From Amphiscolops sp. MND2022 (lineage: Eukaryota), in assembly GCA_964187785.1 (NCBI GenBank), contig OZ076409.1, positions 55,554,001-55,618,000 of the forward strand: a stretch of 64,000 nucleotides of DNA, in the 5' to 3' direction. Positions 38,651 through 50,416 of this stretch are shown one piece after another. Each line of letters opens with the position of its first letter. Within the stretch, counting starts at the first letter, position 1. The notes under the pieces were generated by a model. The model had not been told where the DNA came from, did not search any database, and worked only from the letters and a program-made list of their open reading frames with translations. The translations under genes and the position numbers were made by a program.

Positions 38651-39530
38651 TATGAGTTTCTTAGCAATTTTGCTGATTGGGAAAGTTAACTAGCTTGAGT
38701 GAGATTTCAAAGTGGAATGAATTTACCAACTCAAAATTTTAGTCGACTCGGGCCTTTTCCCGGCAATTCGTTTTTGGCGGTCGAGTTATCGGTAAATTGC
38801 CCTGATCCGACGTAAACATTTCTGAATGGAATTTTATAAGTAGTCGGCATCCTTTGATAACTCAGTGTTTACCCCCCATCAGCACCATCACTCTGAGAGG
38901 TGTTAATGACGCTTGAGTTGTAAATATTATCTTCATCCGTTTCAAGTGGGTAATTAACGGTTTGCCTGATAGCAATTAACGACACGCGACGCGGAATTCT
39001 TTCAAAATGACTTCAGCCAATCAGCGTTAAGCTTCGATAAGTTGTAAAATTAAATAATAAAAAATGGCGAAACTAATAAATCCAAATAATTCAAGATGGC
39101 GAAAATTCTAGCTAAGGGTAACTAGGGTAACTGGACAAAACGGCAAAACAAAACAGGGTAAACGGCCATAACCGGCCTCTAACTAAATAAGCTGTAAATA
39201 ATAAAGTTCTTTGTACACTTCGCTGGCAGACTCCATGTACAGAATAAATATGTAGATAATCCATAATATTAGTCTGGTAGTAATCTTCAGCCACGAACTC
39301 CAACTTTCCAATTTCTTCAATTCTTCTACCCAATTTTAATTCCATTTCAATTCTGATTATCTTCCATTTGTTTCCTCTCGACTGATACTCATTTTCCCGT
39401 GCGAGTCACTTCTTAGCCGATTCTTCGTCCCAGAGCAACCCTTGATCCCCTTCTCCAGCCGCTTTCGGCCATATCCATCAACTTCTACAGCCGGACAAGG
39501 ACTCGTTCCCACATCCAATTCAGTCCCAGG
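38651..39530. promoter_or_regulatory. Putative divergent internal promoter region
   Basis: Lies between two divergent ATGs. CCAAT box AGCCAATCAG at 39015-39024; YY1-like AAAATGGCG (39061) and AAGATGGCG (39093). Confidence 0.4.
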
Positions 39531-42500
39531 ATGTCTTCTTCTGAAGGTTGGTTTGTTTTTATTCCGAACTAAAATTTAACTTGATCAGGGTTAAATCCGT
39601 TCACAATATGCTTCCTGTTTCCATTAGTAAACGCGTGATAACACGTTTCGTTCAGATTTTCAAACACTTCCGGAAGTTTTCTAATGCGGTAAAATGGATT
39701 TTTTTCAAGGAAGCTCACCGTCAAATTTCATCTCCTTTTGTTTAGCAAACCAGCCAGGAGACGAACCGCAAACACAAACCAACTCTGCAGCGGACATTCC
39801 CGACCAACATACACAAACGATTGTTTCTGTGGGTACGTCCTCCACCGTCCGTGGATCACAATTGTCTCCTCCTCCTTTTCCTCCAATAAAGCCACCAAGG
39901 TCTCCCAGCAGTACAGACAGCAACGTCGACGTAACATCTTATGCCGACGAAAAGCTTCAGCTCCTCGAACAGGCCCAACAGCAATCAGAGGGACATACTG
40001 CGGAGAACTCTGAGAGAGGAGAACAAGAGACTGGGAGAGGTATAACTGAGGGTCCTTCTTCCACGGGGATCGAGGCACGGGTTACTACGCCGCTCTTTCG
40101 TACTAGTACCCCTACCCCAGGCGTAGCCGGTGAGACCGACGAGCTCATTTTGACTCAGTTAGAGACTGGACTAACGATTGCTCCTTCCTCGAGGACTATA
40201 TTACCGGAATTGTTGCCCACTAACGTGACTCCTGCCGAAATGTCTGCAGCCTCATTTCTCCAGATTGAAACGGACGAAAGCTCTTCCCTATGTGATGTCC
40301 CCAAGCTGCCAACAGGAACACCAAAGGTCAGGTGGTTGGGCGATGAGACTGGAACCGAAGAAGCCGGTGACACATCTAGCCAGGCTAGTGCTCCTCAATT
40401 GTACGCCTACCTGCCAATAGGTAATGTAGCAGACACAGCAGGAGAAGGGTCATCAACTGATACTTTCGCTGCAATTCCTGATTCCATGCGTCCTTCCACT
40501 TCAGCAGCTCAGGACCCCAAGATCAGGGAGCTTTCCGGCCGTAGTAGGGCCATTTTGAAACAGTATTTCGATGATGATGCCAGCACTATCACCTTCCCGC
40601 TCGGTCATAGAACTGTGGCGTTCACGGAGCCACAAATCTATCATCTCCTAAGGGTCCTTACAGACGAGACCTTGAAAATGTCCTACTCCACCATGGAGCA
40701 GATGGTAATCGGAGCGGTTAGGGGGGCCCCCGTCACTTCCAGTACCCGAACTGACCACTTCAAGATCCGACCAAGGGCTCAAACTCCCGGCCCAGGGCTG
40801 CAAAGTGATTCGGAAGATAGTTCGCGGGCTGAATACTGTTCTGGATCAGGGACTGACACCTCTGAAGGATCCAGTGCTGGCCAAGAAAGTAGAGGGTTAG
40901 AATCTTTCAACGAAACTGACAGTTCTGGTGAGATGGCACTCATCTCACAGGCTTTCAAGGAACCTTTCAGCCGCGTTCCACCTTCTCGAGCCGACCCTAC
41001 CCAAGCAGGTTTTGAGTCCACTGATCAATCCAGTCTCGACGCCACGCTCTCCGAATTACGTACCCAGACGGCCCCAGCACAACCTCTAGTTTCGAGTTCT
41101 GGCAAATTGCCCAAGAAGAAATGGCGCGGCCATACACGGGGCATTCCCATGAAGGAGGAATTCTTCTCCAAAATTGGCTGGACCCGATCGTTCATCTCCG
41201 GGCCAGCTGATCCCCTTCACAATCCTTATATGGTGTGGTGCCATATATGTAAGAAGAATATTTCTGTGAAAACCAAGGGTACACTGGAGATTCTGCGTCA
41301 CCACAGAACTGAAAAACACCTCAGACGTGATCAAAGGTGGCGCTATGAACACCTCAAAAGCGTTGATCCAGTGACTGGGAAAGTGCAGCATCGGGTCAGA
41401 GGGCGGAACGGCAAGATCCTCACCAAGATTGAGCTGGCGAAAGAACTCCCCAAATTTATACACGTCGAACTAATAGACATCGGAGAACGCTTCCCATTCT
41501 ACGACGACTTCGTGAAAGGGACGTCAACCACACTCGTCACTCCTGCGTCGAGGGCCAAGACACAAATACACCTCATTGGAGACTTCGTGCAAACTCACGG
41601 TGATCTTGGAGTACTCCGCAGACTATGGGCTCAGATAGGATCTCTGACGAACTATCAAACTAGTTACTGCGACTTTGATTGGGGGGAAGAACGAATTTCG
41701 GTAGGTTCCCTTTCAGGCTAACATTTACTCAGGGAGGGTATAGATTCCCTACACATTTCATAATTGTCTTTTTCTTCTTTAGACCATCTTCCAACACATT
41801 TTCAATTGTGCCATGAGTGAATTAGCAGAGCAAATTGCTACCACCCAATGCTTCGTTATCGAATTTGAGAATGTGGGCGTGAATAGGCTCATGTCTATCA
41901 AGTTCTGGAAAGGCTATTCTCTTTGTCGCGTCTTTGTGTGCCGAAGTGGGCTTCCCTCCGCTGATCTGACTGGAGACTTGGGTTCGATATCCAGACTACT
42001 ATCTGTGGTTTCAACCAAAGCCGATATCGTCGCCTGTTCGGGATGTCCGGTAGAGTTGATCCAAACCATAGATCACAATGAGTTCTTTCCCCGAGCAGTA
42101 CAGAGTTGCTTTCGTTTTGAGCAGCTGCAGCTTCAGAAGATGATGCACAAGCCCACCTACAGCGTGTTTGGACGAATCGATTTTTTCTCTGTCCTAAAGT
42201 GCCTGATCGTTTCATTGGGAGCTGCTACTGGTGAGGACTGGGTTCTGGAATCTCCTGATCTGGGAAGAGTAAGTATATTAAGTTCACTCATGTAGTTAGA
42301 GGTTTGAAGGTAGGTGCAGTTGAGAGACAATTTGATTCATTTAAGGCCATCGACACCTGCAAACTAGATTTGTCAAGCCTCCCCAGTCTTTGCCGAGAAC
42401 TTGTGAAGAATTGGAAGGCAATCAGACAGTACTTGACTACGCACACCCCTCACCAAGGAATGCAAGGAGTCCACAATCAGGTCCAAAGCTTCGAGTGGGC

Positions 42501-43854
42501 CATCATCTGTGACTTCTTCTTCGTCGCTAAATTGGAATTCTTCCAACGTATAATTGGCGATTGTGAGTATACGGTTTCATTTCACGTCAGTGCACTAAGA
42601 CGTCGTTCTGATAATTTAGGTCCTTGAGTTGTTGAATCACTATCAACATTGTCTCGTTTGTATATCCTATTCCTCTCATAATCACGACTGTTGTATTTCA
42701 GACGTTACCAGTTTCGCCATCAATCTGCAGGGCCGCCGTGATGCGTCGTTCTTCCTCTGCGGGGAGGTTTGCCGCTTTGTTTCAAAACTGTGCGCCCGAT
42801 GTTATTTGCCAGAAACCATTCCCCTCGAGAACTCGTGGTTCCTTCTTCTCGGGTTTAAGGCGAGCGAGGGCAAATTCATGAGTGAGGAAGACTTCCTTAT
42901 CCGGCACCGTCTCACAAACCGGATAGCTACAGCTAGTAAACAGAGTGCAGAAGTCACACACCTGAACAAGAAATCGGAGAAGGCTGCTATCGAGAAGACG
43001 GCTGCAGAAACGACCAGCAGCTTTGTCAAAGAGGCGTTGCAATTCATTCAATATCTAGTCAAACAAGTCCTTAGTCAAGCTGGTCTGAGCTCTGAAGTGA
43101 TAAAGGGGTTGGCTGCTTTTGATCCCTTCGTGCTTTTCAAAAGGCCTTCTGAGGTCGGGCTCCGGCACTTCGATGTGCTATATTCTACTTTCCAGCTTCG
43201 ATCATGGGTCACTAGCGCCAACGAGAACAGTTGTCGAGACGAATATCTGGCTCTGTTGGACTACCTCCGAGTCAACTATCCTCCAGATTTCGATCTGATG
43301 GAGAATTCCGTCGATCTTATAGACTTTTTAATGGGGCTTAAGTTTTTCCAAACTCATGAGCACTTGTTCTATCTGTTCAAACTCTGCTGTGTCTGACTAG
43401 TGTTAGCCCCCAATATCCCCCAGTACTGTTCGGGAGTGTTGACACAACGGGGTGTCAGGGCCGTTTTGCCGATCTAGTGGTGCCTTGCCAGAGTTACCTT
43501 TCCTGTGTGCCCAATTCCATTTCCCATTGCTGCTCGGATGTCAATTTAGAGAAGTTCTCAGTTCTCAGTTCCTCTTTCGAGCGTTCTGCTTTCTCTGCTG
43601 ACTACGATCCGTGGACCCTTGTGGATGAGTTTGGTAGGTCTAAGATCTACAAGAGTCTTCTCACTTCCTATAAGGCCGTTACTGCTGTTCCTTCTACTCG
43701 TTCTGTCCGGATAGAAAAGGATACTGCCTCGTCCATCCCTGATGATTCAGCTGTAAAGGTGCCTTCCAAGAAGCAGAGGAAGCGAGCAGGTAGCAGCAGT
43801 TCTACAATTTCGTCTGCATCCAAGAAAGCCGTTCAAGGGTCCTCTAAAGACTAA
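39531..43854 (+). CDS. Antisense five-exon gene of element B: inactive hAT-transposase-derived protein, ~1275 aa (one frameshift near 43391)
   Basis: Exons 39531-39546, 39746-41700, 41783-42268, 42346-42562 and 42702-43854 join in frame through GT-AG introns of 199, 82, 77 and 139 bp. Zn finger WCHICKKNISV..RHHRTEKH. hAT-like blocks LCRELVKNWKAIRQYL, AKLEFF, LSSEVIKGLAAFDP. Confidence 0.8.
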
Positions 43855-44085
43855 ATGTACATATGTATTTATGTACTTTCAGACTGTAAACTTTGTTCAT
43901 TTCTTTCATTGTTTTCTTTTCTCATTTGTTCTTGATTTTGTTTCTTCGTTGCCTTGATCCCATATTTATTCCCTTTTTGTATGGGATCCTTTGAAATGCC
44001 CCAGTACTTATTCAAAAGAAATTCTCAGAGGGGCTTAAAACAAAGATAAAAGAAAAGAATTCCCATTTCCGGGAAAATTCAATCC

Positions 44086-47000
44086 TTAGTATCTGAAGTC
44101 TTCTGAGTAGTTTGGGTTAGGGTTAGGTCTGAGGTTATATTTCCCTCCTCTAGGGCTCAGACTTTCAGTTCTAGCATCGTTTTCAGATATTTCGGGCACG
44201 ATAATATCATCCCTCCTTTTCGGAGAATTTTGTGCATCGATTTCAGTTCTAAAATTTTCATCGGGTAAAATTTCTTTGTCTTTTAGGCTCTCTGCCGTAT
44301 CCGGCAAAGATTTTTCATGGCTTTTTGGGGAAATGGCCGGATTCGGCCAATCAGGTTCTTTATTTCTAGACTGTTCACTAGCTTCATTTCTTGTAGTGAC
44401 GTCATCAATTAATCGTTCATTCCGGCTATGCGACGCACGATCGGCAAGATTTGATTCATCACTCGTGATTACATAATCCACTTCATTCTCGTGTGCGTGA
44501 CTTGTATTCGGTTGTGCCGCATTCGGTTGTTCGCCATTCGGCACGCTAGTCGGAATAGGCTCGTTGTCTCGTGTACCTAGCTGCTCGCCAAAATCTGTTT
44601 CCCACGCTATGACGTATAGGTCATCTTGCGGAATGACAATTTCTTCGTCTGACTGCAGACGTTGTTCTCGGAAATTATCCTCAAGCGGTTGATTGGGGAC
44701 GAACTTCTTAAGGCGAATGCGATGCAAAATTTGAGTTTTGTTCGTATTGATCCGTCGTACTATATAGTTTTCATTTGGCAAAACTTTTTGGACTACAAAT
44801 GGTCCAACCCAACGGTAATCGTGGAATGGAATTTTTGATCCCTGATGATCCGCTTTTGGCTGTAAGACGAAACAGTAATCATTCTCCTTCAACGGAGCAG
44901 CTTTTGCTTTGCGGTCGTAATATTCTTTGTACTTGATATACGACTGCATAATGTTCTGCTTCGTTTTGTCAATTAGGATTTTTGTCCGGTTTTGGACTTC
45001 TTCAGCAAATTCGGTTGTGGGGTTGATCTGCTCATTTGGATTATTTCCAAGTTTGTGATCCAAGATATTAAATGGAATTCTTCCATGGAATACTCTCGTC
45101 GGTTCACAACCGATGCTGGCGTGATAACTAGTATTATGATTCAGTACTGCTAATGGCAAGTATTTGTGCCATTGTCGGCGATATTCCCCACATGCCATTT
45201 TGAGATTTGTTTTCAATGAGGCATGAGTTCGCTCCAATTTCCCAATTGTCTGCGGGTGTTTTGTCGTTGCACATTTGAGTGTGATGCCCAAAATCTGCGT
45301 AACCTCCGCAATAATTGTAGAAGTAAATGCAGTACCTTTATCAGTGATAAGAGTCGTTGGTAGATATGAGTGTTTAGTCATGATGTCCATGAGCGCTTTT
45401 GCTACATTGATCGCTGATGTGTCCGTAAGGGGATAGGCGAACAAATATCTGGAGAATACATCAATTGCTGTTGAGACGTTTTCATACCCACCACTTGGGG
45501 GAAGATTCGGCAATAGGTCTATTTGCATGGCGTCTTCAGGTCCGAGGTCCCATTCGGGCAAGTTGAGCAGCTCAGGTGTGATCGTTGCGTTAGGGACTCT
45601 TTTGTCTCTGGCACATTGTTCGCACCCTTCTACCCACTTTTTGACGTGTTTAGCCATGTTAGGGTAGTAATACCTCTGTCGAATTTCCTGCAGCATTTTT
45701 GAAATCCCAGGATGTTTATGCGCTGTCCCATGAAGGGATTGGAGCAATTCCTGGAGTAAATGTTGCGGGAGTAGAATTTGATGGTATTTAACATTCCCTG
45801 TTTCATCGAAATATTGCCTTGTCAGGATTTCGTCCTTTAGTACAATTCGTTCCAGATTGTTTGCGTAATGTCTATATCGGGCATCCTGGTGTAGTAGATT
45901 TTCTGAATACTCTTCATGAAGCAGTTTTGCTTTCAATTGTTGTAGTACCGCATCCTTGGATTGCTCGATAATGATCTGGTTCGTTCTCCTCAATCGGACT
46001 TGTATATCGGGGTGTTGCTTGACCAGATTTGTTGACAGAGTTTGTATAGTAACAGTGGGCTCATCAGTTGTTGGATTTTTCCTAATTGCTTCTTTTCTTG
46101 CCCAATACTGTTCCTCTGTCTGGTCGTCGTCATTGGTGTAGAAGATTTGTTCTTCTTGCGTCACACCTGCGGATTGGACGTTGATTTCGATTGGTAGTGT
46201 TTGTACATCTTCACGAATTTTCATCACCAATTTGTCCTTTGGATCTGCTTCCAATCGGGACAAATAGTCGGCGGCTGTATTTTGTGCCCCTGGGATGTGT
46301 GCTATGACAAAGTTGAACTGAATGACATAATCACACGCGTTCCACAGGGCTGGGGGTATTATTTTCGTTTGGAAAAATCTCGTGACAGCTTTGTTGTCCG
46401 TAAGGATGATGACCGGTTTCGGCGCACCCCAGAAGATATGTCCGAATTCTTTGAATGCAAAATAAATTGCAAGGAATTCCTTGGCATAAATTGACATCTT
46501 GATCTCTGCTGGGGTGAAAGTTTTTGATCCATATGCGACCGGTGCATACGATTTTCTGAGTGATGTAAATTTCTGACTTGGGTCGTCTTCAATTAGGACC
46601 GCGTACCCGGCTGCACCAAAACTTGCATCAGTCATTAGTGCTATTTGTTTGTTCGGAATGGGTTGTTGTAGGGCCAGGTCGCAACATTTGTCTAGTGCTC
46701 TATTGATTTCTTCGAATTGTTGGACTAATTCTTTCGATACTAGGACCTTTTCGTCACTTTTGAGCATCTTGTAGAATGGAGCAAGGCGTTCGGAGAGTCT
46801 TGGGACATAATTCCTGTAATAGTTTAGGAATCCCAAATAGCGCTGTAAAGCCTTTTTCGACTTCGGGAATTTGGTCTTTTCCAGAAAGTTTTGCACGTTC
46901 TGTTTCTGAGGTTTGACGCCTTGTGGGGTAATAGTTCGTCCGAGAAAATCAATTTCTTTTGCACCGAAGTGACATTTGTGCATTGTCAACTTAAGGCCTG

Positions 47001-49300
47001 CTTCCTGAATGCATTTGAACGTGGCTCTCAGGTTCGTCATGAGGTGGTCGACATCACTGGCTGCGATGCCGATATCGTCCACATACTGGGCACACTGATC
47101 CGCTTTAATGACTTTGTCGAGGTATTCCCTCATGAAACTCGAGAATGCGGATAGTGACCGACTAAGGCCTTGTGCCAAGCGTCGGTAAGCGAATGAGCGA
47201 CTGGCAAAATTGAAAGCCAACATTTCGATTGAGCGTTGGTCGGCCATTGGTAGGCAGTGGTATGCCTGCGAACAGTCTAATTTACAGAACAGTTTTTTGC
47301 CTGCCAAGTGTTGGGCGGCATCAACTAGTGTACTGACGGGATGATTGTTGTTGATATAATCATCTGAGATGAGGTTGTTGATTTTTCTCAAGTCAACCAA
47401 GAGTCGGAGTTTCCCGTTCGGTTTCTTCTGTGCAAATATTGGACTCGCATATTTTGAGAACGGTAGGGTGGTGATGATGCCATATTTGTGTAACATGGCT
47501 AATTCGACTAGGATGTCCTCCTTCAAATTGATAGGAGCTGGAAGGCTTTGACTATAGGCTGGGGAATTGTCCTTAGGTGTCAGTTTCACTTTGAATTCCT
47601 CGTTCATGCCTATATCAAATCGGTGTCGTGCAAAGATGTCATGGAATTCCACTAACAATTCCTCAATTTTCTCCTTTTCTTCAGGAGTAAGGGTGGAATC
47701 TTTCCAGTCGAAGTTTTCTAAGAATTTTGCACGTGATTCTGCATCTGTGGTGGGGTCGAGTGTCTCCAGGTTCTGTAAGGCCTGTAACTCGCGTAGGATT
47801 CGTTTTTGTATAGGTGTGTGTTCCTCAGGATTTCCAGGGTTTTCTGGAGTTGGGAACCAATAATTTTCGGAGTTTTGTGGATTTCTATTGGTTTTGATGA
47901 GACTGCTGAAATAATGGGCTGCTTGCTCCTGGTCATTCTGCAAAAGGTGCCAGGTTGATGCCGGGTCTACCGGTTTGACATACTTCATCTGTTCTGGCGT
48001 CATGACAGAGAAATTGGCAATATGTAGTCCCTTTTTGAGTTTATAAGGGTGGTCTGTGAAATTGTTCACTGGTATCAATATATTGCCGTCATTCAGAGTG
48101 ACCAAAGCTGGGCAAAATGTGATGTCGCCTTCCTCATGTAGAAGGTCGCTCGGCTGCAAAATTCCAGTGACAGCATTCTCAGGGTAGAGTAGGGAATTGG
48201 TCCTAATTAGGACTTTATCATTTGGTGGAATTGTTATCTCAATAGGGTTGAGAATTGGTTCTAATACATTTGAGTACTTATGGTCAGCCGTTTTGAGCTG
48301 CATTGAAAAGAAGGGGAAATTCAGTATCCCTTGTCTCATGTCCAGCACTGTATGATTTCTCTGAAGGAACATTAGTCCAATGATTGGTCCTGTCAAATGT
48401 TCCATTACTATAAAGATTTCATGGAACTCAATGTCACCAACTTCGAATTTGAGCTCGATGGTACTCTTAGGAGTTTCCAGTTGCCCATTAGCGACCATGA
48501 TTTGGAAGTTCGGAGGCGGACCTTCTCGGATAACAGATTGTGGAGATAGAAGGCGGATTTTCCGGAGGTCCATTTCAGGGATTGCACTGGACAGTGCTCC
48601 AGTGTCTATTAATCCATCAATGGTCAATTCCCCAAAGTCCATTGGGAAATAAAGCATGCGTTTCTTGCATTTGAGGTTGATGTTGGTTGACAGGGGTATA
48701 CAGTCTGGTTCACCATCTCTGGTGATGAGTACATTTTGGAATTGTTTTTCATCTAATAATGATTGTGGCGTGGATTCACCACTGTTTTCAGGGTTCTCGG
48801 TCCCCAATGGGTTTGGGAACACTGGGTGGTTTGTACCATCTTTCATTTGCCAGTTTTCGATTAGTGCTCGTGTTTTCTTGTTATGGGTAATTGGGGGGTT
48901 CTCGTGGACTGTTCTGTTATAATAGTCAATATCGTCCAGGACATATTGAAATTGCAGTGAATCTTGGTTGTAAAGCTCGGTGTCCCAATAGGGATCTCTG
49001 CCGTAGTCTGGATCGATGTATGTTGGATTGTAATCATCGATTAGGGGAATGGGCCTGAAGCGGGTGGTGAAGGTAGTGGTGTAATCAGGGTCCCAAACAG
49101 GAATTGGTTTCTGGAATAAATGGGTGTTTTTTGTAGGTGATGATGGTAGCTTTTTCCATCTGCTGCTGCCAGACAACAGAGTGATAGCCCATCAATTGCT
49201 GATTGTATTGGTGGAAGGTTTGCGTTGGAGGGTCCGATCTGATGTATTGTCGGACAGATATTAATTCGTTATATTGGAGTCGTGGCGAAGTTAGTTTTTT
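44086..49300 (-). CDS. pol: Pol polyprotein of element B (protease, RT, RNase H, integrase)
   Basis: LIDTGA; QYVDD; MTDASF..GY; integrase H..H..CEQC, IDL, ITDKG, LERTH and GPF. Open for 1696 codons. The -1 frame upstream is offset by one base, probably at the homopolymer 49127-49132. Confidence 0.97.
49294..49300 (-). promoter_or_regulatory. Predicted -1 ribosomal frameshift heptamer A AAA AAC
   Basis: Directly before the gag TAA; the -1 frame is open (KLTSPRLQYNELISVRQYIRSDPP...). Confidence 0.7.
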
Positions 49301-50402
49301 GACTCATCATTAGGATATGAGGATTGGGAGCTCGATGATGTCGGTTTGGTCTGAGGTTTCTGAGCCTTTGGATTGGGCTTATTTTCAGTTGAGTCATCAG
49401 GTCTAGTGCGTTTGGGTTTAAGATGTGCACCAGCACCTTGCCAACATCTCTCCTCCGGGTGGTTCTTTTTCCCACAAGTGCCACACTCCGGATATGTTTT
49501 CTTCTGTGTCGACTTGCCTTGTTGGGCATCTTTTTCTTTTTTCTTTTTCAGTTTTTCGCAGTCCTTGACCATGTGGCCCTTTTCCTTGCAGTAATTGCAA
49601 GTGATATCGGACAGTTGCCCTGTGGACAGAGGAGTTTTAGGTTTTGTAGATGAGGAGGTCATTGTGGCCATTGGTAGGTCATCTGATTCCTCAAGGGCAT
49701 TGAGTTCCTACTCTCTCTCCAAATGAGCAACAATTTCATCATATGAGCCATTTTCTAATCTGGCCATGTTGACAGATCGCTTCAACTTAGGTGGCAGCTT
49801 TGCGTAGAGCAAGCTGTCAATCATTTTCTGTGCATGATCGCCAAACGCTTTCTCGGCTCCCCGGTTCAATTCTTCGAGACAATCAGGCAGTTTCATCGTA
49901 TTGGGATCGAAGACTAGACGGTGCCATTTATGTTTGGCAGTCGCCTGTGACTCGGGCTTGACGTATTTCCGTCTAAAGATGACTAATACGTCCTCTAGAG
50001 TTTGTCGGTTGCTTGAGCTGATATTTCTGAACGTCTGGAGAGCATTCTTCCTCAATAAAGAGTGGAAGTGATTGATCTTCATTTGCTCAGTCATTTCTGG
50101 CTGCATCTTGATCATAGTGTGAAATAGGTCTTCGAACAGCTCGAATTTCTCACTTTTGCCATCGAATGTCATGGTATTTGAGTTGACTGGGCGTATGGTG
50201 AGTTGTTGGGCTGTCGGTCTATTTTGCATTGTAGTCAAGACGTCTGCCAGTCGGGTGATGGGGTCGGAGTCAGCAGCCGTAGCGATTCTCTCTTGTGCTG
50301 GGATCGTCGTGTCGAGGTTGATGTCCTCGAAGGACCTGTCGAGATGATTTCTGGATGAGATTCGTCCTGTGAGAAACTCAGGAAATGATTTGGAGATTCG
50401 TT

Positions 50403-50416
50403 GTCTCCTGTCACCA
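50403..50416 (-). promoter_or_regulatory. Primer binding site of element B (TGGTGACAGGAGAC)
   Basis: TGG immediately after the 5' LTR CA; priming tRNA not identified. Confidence 0.75.

Noticed and set aside
39694..43854. Five separate genes as listed in the ORF track, or an env gene
   Set aside because: In-frame GT-AG introns join them into one gene; it is antisense and shows no signal peptide or TM anchor.
39400..44050. An autonomous hAT transposon nested in element B
   Set aside because: No TIRs or 8 bp TSD seen, catalytic residues are absent, and a homolog occupies the same position in element A. Not excluded by computation.
47990..48260. dUTPase-like domain between protease and RT of element B
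   Set aside because: The segment looks beta-rich but has no recognisable dUTPase catalytic motifs; a profile search is needed.
44276..50347. Many short + strand ORFs opposite gag and pol
   Set aside because: Shadow frames of the minus-strand genes, with no motifs of their own.
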